Program-made: the position numbers and the translations under genes | Notes under the pieces: generated by a model | Databases searched by the model: none | Told to the model about the DNA's origin: nothing | Seen by the model: the letters and a program-made list of their open reading frames with translations, nothing else | Part shown: one piece after another, positions 47,103-56,297 of the stretch | Position numbering within the stretch: the first letter of the stretch is position 1 | How the letters are laid out: every line of letters begins with the position of its first letter | From: Burkholderiales bacterium | Lineage (GTDB): Bacteria > Pseudomonadota > Gammaproteobacteria > Burkholderiales > JBEEJL01 | Length of the DNA stretch: 64,000 nucleotides | Reading direction: 5' to 3' | Assembly (NCBI GenBank): GCA_049695115.1 | Contig: JBAVRP010000040.1 | Location: 10,040-74,039, forward strand

Positions 47103-47324
47103 TCATAAAAAATTATGAACTACGTTATCAATAGCACTAACTACAGCTTGCCTGATAATTAATTGCTGATCTCGAGAAAATGAACTTAGCTGTTCATTTA
47201 AATGCATACATTGGGTTGATTTCATAACACCTGCCACAATCTTTTCATGTCTTTCTATAGCGGCATCTCTTACATCAGAAATCAGGGTTTGGCCAAAATT
47301 TTCTCGCAACAAGTCTTTGTGCAT
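47103..47324 (-). CDS. small hypothetical protein (73 aa) in an AT-rich patch
   Basis: ATG 47324 lies 1 nt after the murJ TGA, with GGGGAG 6 nt upstream. The product is predicted helical (MHKDLLRENFGQTLISDVRDAAIERHEKIV...). No family was recognised. Confidence 0.35.
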   Translation of the reverse strand: MHKDLLRENFGQTLISDVRDAAIERHEKIVAGVMKSTQCMHLNEQLSSFSRDQQLIIRQAVVSAIDNVVHNFL

Positions 47325-47325
47325 T

Positions 47326-48867
47326 TCATGCTCCCCTTTTCGCAAAATCTTTCATACGAAATCCCATCATCCACAACGCCGCCAGATAACTCACCGAACC
47401 CAAGGTCACCAAAAACGTGAGGCGCAGTAATTTTTCGTGGGCTTTGGCATTTAGCCATATCTCATCTAATCCCATCGCGAACCACAGGACCGCGCCCATC
47501 GCGGCAAGTGCAACTAATAATTTCATGGTGAAAATTCCCCAGCCAGGCTGCGGGTGGTAAATATTTTGGCTGCGTAGTTTCCAGTATAAGAAACCCGCAT
47601 TCACGCACGCGCCCAAGCCTATCGCGAGGGCGAGTCCGGCGTGATTCATGTTGAAACCGAAAATAAACATCAGGTTCATGAGTTGTGTCGCAGCCAGGGT
47701 AACCAGCGCGATTTTGACGGGGGTGCGCACGTTTTGCCGCGCGTAAAAACCGGGGGCAAGAATTTTTACCAGCAGCATTCCGGTTAAGCCGACACTGTAG
47801 GCGATGAGCGCCATGCGCGTCATGTATACATCTTGTTCGGTGAATTGGCCGTAATGAAACAGTGAGGTAACCAGCGGTACTGCAATCAACGCCAGCGCCA
47901 AGGCGGCGGGCAAGGTGAGCATTACCGTGATGCGCAGGCCCCAATCGAGGAGCTTGGAGTATTCATCGACATTGCTATTGGCGTGATGTTTGGCGAGGCT
48001 GGGCAAAAGTATGGTGCCGAGCGCGGTGCCCAACAAGCCATTGGGGAATTCCATCAATCGGTCGGCGTACATCAACCACGACACACTGCCATTTGCCATG
48101 AACGATGCGTAGAGCGTGTTGATCAATAAGGAAATCTGCGCCACTGAAACACCGAGCACCGCCGGCCCCATAAGCTTGAGTATGCGCCACACGCCGGGGT
48201 CGTTGAATGCCAGCTTGAATTGCGGCAACAGTTTGAGTTTGGCGAGCGACGGAAGCTGAAACGCCAGTTGCAACAAGCCGCCGACGAACACTGCCCACGC
48301 CAGTGCTTTGATCGGCGGATCGAAATACGGCACGGCAAATAAGGCGAAAGCTATGAACGATAGATTCAGCAGCACCGGCGTAAACGCCGGTACTTTGAAC
48401 TGGCTGTGGGTATTGAGAATGCCCGACGTGAACGACACCAGCGCGATAAAAAATATATAAGGAAAGCAAATGCGCAGCAATTCGACGGTGAGCGCGAATT
48501 TATCCGGATTGTCTGCGAAGCCATATGCAGATAAGTACACCACAAGCGGCGCGGCGAGCACGCCGATAACGGTGACGATAAATACCAACAACGCCAGCAA
48601 CGACGCGGTGTGGTCGATGAGGGCTTTGGTTTCATCGAAACCACGTTTGGTTTTGTATTCCGCCAGCGTTGGCACAAATGCCTGCGAAAATGCGCCCTCG
48701 GCAAACAAACGCCGCAGCAGATTGGGAATGCGGAAGGCGACAAAAAAGGCGTCGGTAGCGAGGCCCGCGCCAAAAGCGCGGGCTATCAGCGTATCGCGCA
48801 ACAATCCGGTAATGCGCGACACCAGGGTCATCGAACTGACAGCACCGAAAGCTTTGAGCAGGTTCAT
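47326..48867 (-). CDS. murJ: lipid II flippase MurJ (MviN)
   Basis: MNLLKAFGAVSSMTLVSRITGLLRDTLIARAFGAG is the canonical MurJ N-terminus (ATG 48867; the track's 48933 is a GTG extension). It has about 14 TM segments. Confidence 0.95.
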   Translation of the reverse strand: MNLLKAFGAVSSMTLVSRITGLLRDTLIARAFGAGLATDAFFVAFRIPNLLRRLFAEGAFSQAFVPTLAEYKTKRGFDETKALIDHTASLLALLVFIVTVIGVLAAPLVVYLSAYGFADNPDKFALTVELLRICFPYIFFIALVSFTSGILNTHSQFKVPAFTPVLLNLSFIAFALFAVPYFDPPIKALAWAVFVGGLLQLAFQLPSLAKLKLLPQFKLAFNDPGVWRILKLMGPAVLGVSVAQISLLINTLYASFMANGSVSWLMYADRLMEFPNGLLGTALGTILLPSLAKHHANSNVDEYSKLLDWGLRITVMLTLPAALALALIAVPLVTSLFHYGQFTEQDVYMTRMALIAYSVGLTGMLLVKILAPGFYARQNVRTPVKIALVTLAATQLMNLMFIFGFNMNHAGLALAIGLGACVNAGFLYWKLRSQNIYHPQPGWGIFTMKLLVALAAMGAVLWFAMGLDEIWLNAKAHEKLLRLTFLVTLGSVSYLAALWMMGFRMKDFAKRGA

Positions 48868-48940
48868 GGAATTGTTTTTTGGCAGAATCAGCCCGCATGG
48901 TAGCGGTTTTCCCAGCTTGCGACTATCCGTCACTGGGGTT

Positions 48941-48969
48941 TTGCAATTCCTGCCCGGTCGGCTTATAAT
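48941..48969 (+). promoter_or_regulatory. sigma70 promoter for rpsT
   Basis: TTGCAA-17 nt-TATAAT, 34 nt upstream of the rpsT ATG. Confidence 0.6.
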
Positions 48970-49002
48970 GCACGTCTAAATATTCAGTACCCGGAGCAAC
49001 AC

Positions 49003-49275
49003 ATGGCAAACACGAAACAAGCGGAAAAACGAGCCCGTCAAGGCGAAAAACAGCGTCAACACAACACTAGCCTGAAAAGCACCTTGCGCAGCGCGATCAA
49101 AAAAGTCAAAAAAGCGATTGAAGCCGGGGACGCCAAGGCCGCCCAAACCGCATTTCAGGAAAATGTCGGCACCATCGACAGCATCGCCGACAAGAAAATT
49201 ATTCACAAAAATAAGGCCGCTCGCCATAAGAGCCGCTTGGCTCACGCAATTAAAGGCCTCACCGCCTCCGTCTAA
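49003..49275 (+). CDS. rpsT: 30S ribosomal protein S20
   Basis: [35 protein letters not shown] is the S20 signature. Confidence 0.97.
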   Translation: MANTKQAEKRARQGEKQRQHNTSLKSTLRSAIKKVKKAIEAGDAKAAQTAFQENVGTIDSIADKKIIHKNKAARHKSRLAHAIKGLTASV

Positions 49276-49293
49276 GTATTATGCTTTTGATGC

Positions 49294-49321
49294 AAAAACA
49301 GCCGCTGATGCGGCTGTTTTT
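49294..49321. terminator. bidirectional intrinsic terminator
   Basis: AAAAACAGCCGC-TGAT-GCGGCTGTTTTT forms a perfect 12-bp stem between the convergent rpsT and DUF3579 genes. Confidence 0.75.
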
Positions 49322-49697
49322 ATTGGTGAGCCGATAATTGTGCCGGGCGTTTGGTTAGCGTCTTCAGTAAATCATTCGCAGCGACGCCCGGCACCTCGCA
49401 GGCATCGTTCGTGAGTAAAGGTTTGTTGGGGTCAATAATATTCAAATCGTTATCATTGGCAAAATCCATCAGGAATTTGTACACGCGCGGTTCGATGCTC
49501 GCGAGCTCGCCCGACAATACTACGCATCCCACGCCGTCGATAGTCGTCGGTCGCACATGCGAAGAGTAGCGTAACTGCTCATCCTCGCCAAACGACGACA
49601 AAATGCCGCACAGGCGCTCGGCCCAATCGCTCGGGCGAAAGGCGCGGCCATTTTCGGTGATACCTTGAATGACCAGATCGGATGGTAATAAAGCCAT
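49320..49697 (-). CDS. DUF3579-like protein (unknown function)
   Basis: ATG 49697 gives MALLPSDLVIQGITENGRAFRPSDWAERLCGILSSFG... I recall the G.T..G..FRPSDWAERL block as DUF3579. The upstream part of the track ORF looks like read-through. Confidence 0.65.
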   Translation of the reverse strand: MALLPSDLVIQGITENGRAFRPSDWAERLCGILSSFGEDEQLRYSSHVRPTTIDGVGCVVLSGELASIEPRVYKFLMDFANDNDLNIIDPNKPLLTNDACEVPGVAANDLLKTLTKRPAQLSAHQ

Positions 49698-49898
49698 GGG
49701 GGAATTATAGGTTTCAGCGCAGCTTGCAGCCTGCAGACTGCAGCGTGTACAAAGCAAATTAGTTGCGCGCATTATATCTTGTATAAGACTTGCGGCAATC
49801 ACAGTGCCCATAGCGAGAAATTCGGCCATAATCACAACTCAGTGATTATTTTGAAGTTTTAGCGTACCTTTACGCCCACAAACAGAAGCAAAAAACCT

Positions 49899-51884
49899 AT
49901 GCCCCTGCGTAAACCTGTCAGCCGCATTCTGGCCATCAACGACGAGCCGTTGGTGCTAAAAGATATTGTCAAAGGCCTCAACTCGGCGGCGAAATCGCTG
50001 GCGAATCCGCACGGCATAACTTTCAGCGGCGCCATATCCGCGCTCGACGCGATGACGCTGATCGAAAAAGACGGCGACATACAATCGGTGTTGGTCGATG
50101 ACACGCTTTACAGCGTCAATGGTTCAGCCAAGAAAAGATCTGCCACGCAAGTGTCAGCGCTGGAGTTGGTGCAAAAAATCACCGCGCTGCGCCCCGAAGT
50201 CGATGTGTATATTCTCATCGCCCAGGAAACGGAACGTGAAGTGGTCGATGCCATGTTCAGCGAAGCGGTCGATGGGTATTTTTATCGCGAAGAGCGCGAC
50301 TATCGCGGCTGGTATCGCATCCTCAACGCACAATTGCAGGAAAAAGCACGCACGCCGTTTTACGATCAACTAAAAAATTATGTGCTGATGGCGAAAGATT
50401 CCTGGCACACACCGGGGCACTCGTCCGGCGATTCGCTGCGCGACAGCCCGTGGGCGGCAGATTTTTATGAATTCATGGGTGAGCATATTTTCGATGCGGA
50501 TTTATCCGTGTCGGTGCAGATGCTCGATTCACTGATGGAGCCGATGGGCGTCATCGCCGAGGCGCAACAACTGGCGGCGAAAGCCTTCGGCGCGCAAAAA
50601 ACTTTTTTCGCCACCAACGGCACCTCGACGGCGAACAAAGTGATATTCCAAACCCTGCTCGCGCCGGGCGAAAAATTATTGCTAGACCGCAACTGCCACA
50701 AGAGCGTGCATCACGGCGTGGTACTGTCCGGCGCGCTGCCGGTGTATATGGATTCATCGGCGAATAAAAAATACAGCATCTTCGGCCCCGTGCCGAAAAA
50801 AACTATTTTGCAGGCGATTGAAAATAATCCCGACGCGAAAACTTTAATCCTTACTAGTTGCACTTACGACGGTCTGCGTTACGATTTGCCGCCGATTATC
50901 GCGGCGGCGCATGCGAAAAATATCAAAGTCATTATCGACGAAGCCTGGTACGGCCACGCCTATTTCCATCCCGAGTTTCGCCCGACTGCGCTCGAAGCCG
51001 GCGCTGACTACTCGACGCAATCAACGCACAAAGTCATGTCGGCGTTTTCGCAGGCAAGCATGATTCATGTCAACGACGCGGATTTCAACGAACATATATT
51101 CCGCGAAAATTACAATATGCACACCTCGACTAGCCCGCAATACGCCATGATCGCCAGCCTCGACGTCGCGCGGCGGCAGATGTCGATGGAAGGTTTTAAA
51201 TTATTGTCGCGCACGCTCGAACTCGCGTCGGAACTGCGTACACAAATCAATTCCACCAAGGTGTTCCGCGTACTCGAGCTCGACGACATGCTGCCGGATG
51301 AATTAAAACAAGACGGCATCCGCCTCGACCCGACCAAAATCACCCTCGACATTTCGCGCTCCGGTTATTCAGTGGAGGAATTCCAGCGAGAATTATTCGA
51401 GCAATACAATATTCAAGTGGAAAAAACCACGTTCAACACGCTGACTTTGTTGCTCACCGTCGGCACCACACGCAGTAAATGCTCGCGCCTCTACGACGCG
51501 CTCATGCGCATCGCCCGCGAAGGCCGCGCACCGCGCAAGCTGGAACAGATGCACGGTATCCCCGGCTTCACTTCGCTGAAATATTTGCCGCGTGATACTT
51601 ATTTTTCCGAGGGAGAAATGTTGCCGCTGCTGGCGAAAAAATCGCAAGCCAACAGCGCGCTGATCAACCGAATTTCGGCAGACCAGATCGTTCCTTATCC
51701 GCCCGGCATACCAGTGCTGGTACCGGGTCAATTGATTACCGCAGACATACTCGAATATTTAATCAGTCTGCTCGGTTCGCAAAAACATATTGAATTACAT
51801 GGGCTGGTACATGACGGCAATACGCCGACTATGCGTGTGCTCACGATAGCGGAAGAAAAACGTCTTAAGCCCTTAATTAGATAA
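49899..51884 (+). CDS. Orn/Lys/Arg decarboxylase (fold-type I, OKR_DC_1 family) with N-terminal receiver-like wing domain
   Basis: 661 aa with the PLP-lysine block STHKVMSAFSQAS, SWHTPGHSSG, and a C-terminal OKR_DC_1_C-like region. Confidence 0.85.
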   Translation: MPLRKPVSRILAINDEPLVLKDIVKGLNSAAKSLANPHGITFSGAISALDAMTLIEKDGDIQSVLVDDTLYSVNGSAKKRSATQVSALELVQKITALRPEVDVYILIAQETEREVVDAMFSEAVDGYFYREERDYRGWYRILNAQLQEKARTPFYDQLKNYVLMAKDSWHTPGHSSGDSLRDSPWAADFYEFMGEHIFDADLSVSVQMLDSLMEPMGVIAEAQQLAAKAFGAQKTFFATNGTSTANKVIFQTLLAPGEKLLLDRNCHKSVHHGVVLSGALPVYMDSSANKKYSIFGPVPKKTILQAIENNPDAKTLILTSCTYDGLRYDLPPIIAAAHAKNIKVIIDEAWYGHAYFHPEFRPTALEAGADYSTQSTHKVMSAFSQASMIHVNDADFNEHIFRENYNMHTSTSPQYAMIASLDVARRQMSMEGFKLLSRTLELASELRTQINSTKVFRVLELDDMLPDELKQDGIRLDPTKITLDISRSGYSVEEFQRELFEQYNIQVEKTTFNTLTLLLTVGTTRSKCSRLYDALMRIAREGRAPRKLEQMHGIPGFTSLKYLPRDTYFSEGEMLPLLAKKSQANSALINRISADQIVPYPPGIPVLVPGQLITADILEYLISLLGSQKHIELHGLVHDGNTPTMRVLTIAEEKRLKPLIR

Positions 51885-51893
51885 TAAATAACC

Positions 51894-54800
51894 ATGCCTA
51901 CACTTACCCTCAACGAAATCCGCATCCGCGCATCTGCCTTCGTTAAAGACTTTAGCGATGCCCATCGTGAAAACGCTGAATCACAAATTTTTTGGCATGA
52001 GTTCTTTCAGGTTTTTGGCCTACCTAAACGCCGCGTGGTGAGCTTTGAGCATAACGTTAAAAAGCTAGGGAACAAAGCCGGTCGCATCGACGTATTTTGG
52101 CCTGGCACTTTGCTTATAGAGCATAAATCGCGCGGGGAAGACCTCGATGCGGCCTTTACCCAAGGCAATGATTACTTTCACGGGCTGACCAACGACGAGG
52201 TGCCACGCTACGTCATCGTCAGCGACTTCGCGCGCATTCGATTGGTTGATGTAGAAGACCCGCAAGCGCTGCTAGAGTTTAAATTAAAGGATCTACCACA
52301 GCACATTGAACGCTTTGGTTTTATTGCGGGCTACGAGCCCGCGTAAACAACGCGAAGACGTGCCGCTCAATCAGCGTGCGGTTGATACAATGGGCGAATT
52401 GCACGACTTGCTCAAGGCGGATGGTTTTGAAGGTCACCGTCTCGAAGTGTTGTTGGTGCGCCTGCTCTTTTGCTTGTTTGCCGACGACACCGGCATTTTC
52501 ACTCCCAAAGGCGCATTTGAAGATTTAGTAGAGTTGAGCAAACCCGATGGCAGCGATTTAGGCAGTATTTTAAGCCGCCTGTTTGGCGTGCTTAATCAAC
52601 CCTTAAAGCAGCGACAAAAATCACTGGATGAGCGCCTAGACGCATTCCCCTATGTGAACGGACGTTTATTTGAACGCAGAGAAGATATCCCCGAATTCTC
52701 CAGCGCCATGCGTACCAAGCTGCTGGCTTGCTGTGGCATTCAGTGGGGCGCTATTTCGCCTGCGGTGTTTGGTGCCATGTTCCAAAAAATCATCAGCCTT
52801 GAGCCCGGCGACCGCCGCCGTCAAATGGGTGCGCACTACACCAGTGAGGCTAATATCCTCAAACTGATTCGCCCGCTATTTTTGGACGAACTCAATGCAG
52901 AGTTTGAAGAGATAAAACGCCACAAAAACCAGTTGTTCGAATTTCAAAAGAAATTGCGCAGCCTAGTATTTTTGGATCCTGCATGCGGCTGTGGCAACTT
53001 TTTAGTAATCACCTACCGCGAGCTACGCAGGCTGGAACTGCGCGTATTGGAGGCCAGCAGTGCTTTTGGTTCCGTCACCCGCGAAGTGTTCGAGCTTACC
53101 GGTGTCAATGTGGACCAGTTTTACGGCATCGAGGTAGAGGATTTTCCAGCTCAGATTGCCCAAGTCGCTATGTGGCTAGTCGATCACCAAATGAACCTTG
53201 AAGCCGGTAAATTTTTTGGCGACTGGATCAAACGAATACCGCTCGATAAATCCGCTGAAATCCGCTACGGCAATGCCCTGCGTATTGAGTGGGCTGACTT
53301 CTGCCCGCCGGGACGGTTGAATTATATTTTGGGCTACCCGCCGTTTATTGGGAAACAAAACCAAACCACAGGTCAGAAAGAAGACTTGGAGTTTGTCACC
53401 AAGGGGATGAAAAGTGCAGGCTTACTCGACTACGTAAGTGGCTGGTATTTGAAAGCCGCGCAGTACATTACAGGTAGTCAAATAGGTGAACTCAGTCGTG
53501 ATCGCACACAGTTTTCCGACGTGAAATTTGCCACTCCTAGCGGTAGTGAAGTTGCCTTAGACATAGCACCAATAACATCTAAAAGGCGTGGAAAAATCCA
53601 GTCAAGCATAGCGATGGATGACCTGTTTGTCAGTTTCGATAAACAAGACGCAACCAACCGATCAAAAGTGCGTTGCGCCTTTGTCTCCACCAATAGCATC
53701 ACACAAGGCGAGCAAGTAGGAATCTTGTGGGGCGAAATGCTGCGTATGGGTCTGCACATCCAATTTGCGCACCGAACGTTTCAGTGGTCGAATGATGCGC
53801 CTGGAAAAGCGGCTGTGCATTGCATCATTGTGGGCTTTGGCGCAAGCAACGATGTGGCAAAACACATTTGGCATTACGACGACATCAAGGGCGATGCCGT
53901 TTCCACCGACGCGGACAACATCAACGCTTATTTGGTAGACGCGCCGGACATTGTCCTGCCAAGCCGACGCGAGCCGATTGAACGCGTGCCACCTATCGTC
54001 TTCGGCTCTATGCCCAATGACGGGGGACATTTACTGATGGACGATTCTGAAAAAGCGCAATTGTTAACTGCTGAACCCGCCGCTGCCAAGTGGGTTAAGC
54101 CCTTTCTGGGCGCTGAAGAGTTCATCAATGGTATTCCTCGCTGGTGTTTGTGGCTTAAAAACTGCCCCCCGTCCGTATTAGACAAACTACCTATGGTGAA
54201 AAAGCGTGTGTTGGCGGTCAAGACACACCGCGGAGCTTCAAACCGTGAGGCAACTCAAAAACTAGCTAAGCCACCCCAGCTTTTTGGGGAGATTCGGCAG
54301 CCGGATGGTGCGTATATTCTGGTACCACGTCACTCTTCTGAAAGGCGTGACTATCTTCCAATGGGCTATTTGGATGGAAGCTCTATAGCTGGCGACTCAA
54401 ACCTTGTTATACCTAATGCCCAACTCTTCCACTTCGCCATTTTAAGCAGCCACATGCATATGGCGTGGATGCGTTATGTGTGTGGACGGCTTGAGAGCCG
54501 CTATCGCTATTCCAACACTATCGTCTATAACAACTTCCCCTGGCCCAGCGCCGTCAATGCTTTGAAAAAACAAACTGCAGATGCTGCGGACAACACGCAA
54601 GCTGGTTCCAAAACTGCAGCGGCTTCCAAACTGGAAACAGCTCACGCCAAATTGATTACCAAGATTGAAACCGCTGCACAAACAGTACTCGATGCACGCG
54701 CGGTTCATCAAACAAGCAAAACGCACTCTACGCTGGCGCAACTTTATGACCCAACCACGATGCCTGCTAATTTAGCCAAAGCACATGCCGCGCTTGATAA

Positions 54801-54912
54801 GGCAGTGGATAACGCCTACCAAGCTGACGGCGGGGCTGCAAGCTACGCCAATGATGGCGAGCGCGTAGCGTTTCTATTTAAACGTTACGCGGCGCTAACC
54901 AGCTTGGTTTGA
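51894..54912 (+). pseudogene. MmeI-family type IIL/IIG restriction-modification enzyme, split by a +1 frame break near 52335-52360
   Basis: ORF 51894..52346 carries the MmeI-type nuclease motif (GRIDVFWPGTLLIEHKS) and ends ...FGFIAGYEPA*. The family continues in the +1 frame: NQRAVDTMGELHDLLKADGFEGHRLEVLLVRLLFCLFADDTGIF, motif I FLDPACGCGNFLV, motif IV LGYPPFIG, then FVSTNSITQGEQV. Confidence 0.8.
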
Positions 54913-54950
54913 ATTACCTACGATGGATAACTTCTCAATGGCAAGATAAA

Positions 54951-54987
54951 CCCATCCCCACCCCAGCCCTCCCCTTGAAGGGGAGGG
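54951..54987 (+). repeat. repeat CCCATCCCCACCC..CCCTCCCCTTGAAGGGGAGGG (copy 2)
   Basis: Near-identical to 45156..45191. It lies 39 nt after the R-M gene stop. Confidence 0.65.
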
Positions 54988-55048
54988 TGCGCATATGATG
55001 CACAATGTTTGCAAACCCTCTCGGTTTTGCATAATATAGTCTAAATTA

Positions 55049-55081
55049 ACACGGCGGCTGCGGTCGCCGTGTTTGCTTTTT
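55049..55081 (+). terminator. intrinsic terminator
   Basis: ACACGGCG-GCTGCGGT-CGCCGTGT followed by TTGCTTTTT. Confidence 0.65.
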
Positions 55082-55103
55082 AACTTTCCGTGAAGAAACC
55101 GCC

Positions 55104-56297
55104 ATGTCCCATTTGATGAAAACTTATTCCCCTCAAGCTGTCGCGTTCGAGCGTGGGGAAGGTGTGTGGTTGTATGACACTAACGGTAAAAAATATCTCG
55201 ATGCTTTAGCGGGGATTGCGGTGAATGGGCTTGGTCATGCTCATCCAAAATTAGTCAAAGCGATTAGCGAACAGGCGGCGAAGATTATTCATACTTCAAA
55301 TCTATTCACGGTTCCGCAACAGGAAACTTTGGCGGTGAGATTATGCGAACTATCCGGAATGGAGCAGGCGTTTTTTTGCAGCAGCGGCGCGGAGGCGAAT
55401 GAAGCTGCGATCAAAGTCGCGCGCCTGTACGGCCACCGCCGCGGCGTGGAATTACCGACCATTATCGTGATGGAAAAAGCTTGGCATGGCCGCACTATCG
55501 CGACGCTCTCCGCGACGGGTAGCCGCAAAGCGCAAGCGGGCTTCGAGCCGCTGGTCGCCGGATTTGTACGCGTGCCATACAACGACATCGCGGCGATTGA
55601 AAACGTGGCGCAAAATAATCAGAACATCGTCGCGGTGTTAGTCGAAATGATCCAGGGCGAAGGCGGTGTGCGCGTAGCCGATGCGGAATTCCAGCGTAAT
55701 TTGCAAACCCTGTGCAACGCGAAAGAATGGCTGTACATGGTGGATGAAGTGCAAACCGGCATTGCGCGCACTGGCGAGTGGTTTGCGTATCAACACGCAG
55801 GCGTGCAGCCGGATGTGTTGAGCCTCGCCAAAGGCCTCGGCTCCGGCGTGCCTATCGGCGCGTGCCTCGGCGCGCGACGGGCGAAAGATGTTTTCCAGCC
55901 GGGCAATCACGGCACCACATTCGGCGGAGGGCCTTTGGCTTGCGTCGCGGCGATTACTACTTTGCAGGCCATTGTCGATGAAGGCTTGATGGAAAATGCG
56001 GCCAAGGTCGGCGCGCATTTGAAATCACGTTTGCAAACGGAATTAAAAGGTGTCGCAGGCGTCATCGATATTCGCGGAATGGGCATGATGCTCGGCATTG
56101 AGCTTGATCGCGTGTGCAGCGTGATCGTAAAACGCGCACTCGAAGTTGGCTTGGTGACGAACGTGACGCAAGATAAAGTGATACGTTTATTACCCGCATT
56201 GATCATGACGCAAAGCGAAGCTGATATGCTGATCGACAAACTGGTGCCGTTGATTAAACAATTTTTATCCGAGCCGCAAGTCGCTGCGACAAAATGA
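55104..56297 (+). CDS. argD: acetylornithine (succinylornithine) aminotransferase
   Basis: 397 aa, class-III aminotransferase, with the LSLAKGLGSGVPIGA PLP-lysine block and the DEVQTGIARTG motif. Confidence 0.9.
   Translation: MSHLMKTYSPQAVAFERGEGVWLYDTNGKKYLDALAGIAVNGLGHAHPKLVKAISEQAAKIIHTSNLFTVPQQETLAVRLCELSGMEQAFFCSSGAEANEAAIKVARLYGHRRGVELPTIIVMEKAWHGRTIATLSATGSRKAQAGFEPLVAGFVRVPYNDIAAIENVAQNNQNIVAVLVEMIQGEGGVRVADAEFQRNLQTLCNAKEWLYMVDEVQTGIARTGEWFAYQHAGVQPDVLSLAKGLGSGVPIGACLGARRAKDVFQPGNHGTTFGGGPLACVAAITTLQAIVDEGLMENAAKVGAHLKSRLQTELKGVAGVIDIRGMGMMLGIELDRVCSVIVKRALEVGLVTNVTQDKVIRLLPALIMTQSEADMLIDKLVPLIKQFLSEPQVAATK

Noticed and set aside
49698-49835. The upstream 46 codons of the DUF3579 track ORF, and the CTGCAG-A-CTGCAG direct repeat within it.
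   Set aside because: The translation (MIMAEFLAMGTVIAASLIQDIMRATNLLCTRCSLQAASCAETYNSP) does not look like part of the family. The conserved block begins right after M at 49697. The short direct repeat is too small to interpret.
52330-52360. Programmed ribosomal frameshift as an explanation for the split MmeI-like gene.
   Set aside because: No slippery heptamer or poly-A/T run is present at the junction (…GGCTACGAGCCCGCGTAAACAACGCGAAG…), and I saw no downstream stimulatory structure. The additional motif IV substitution fits decay better.
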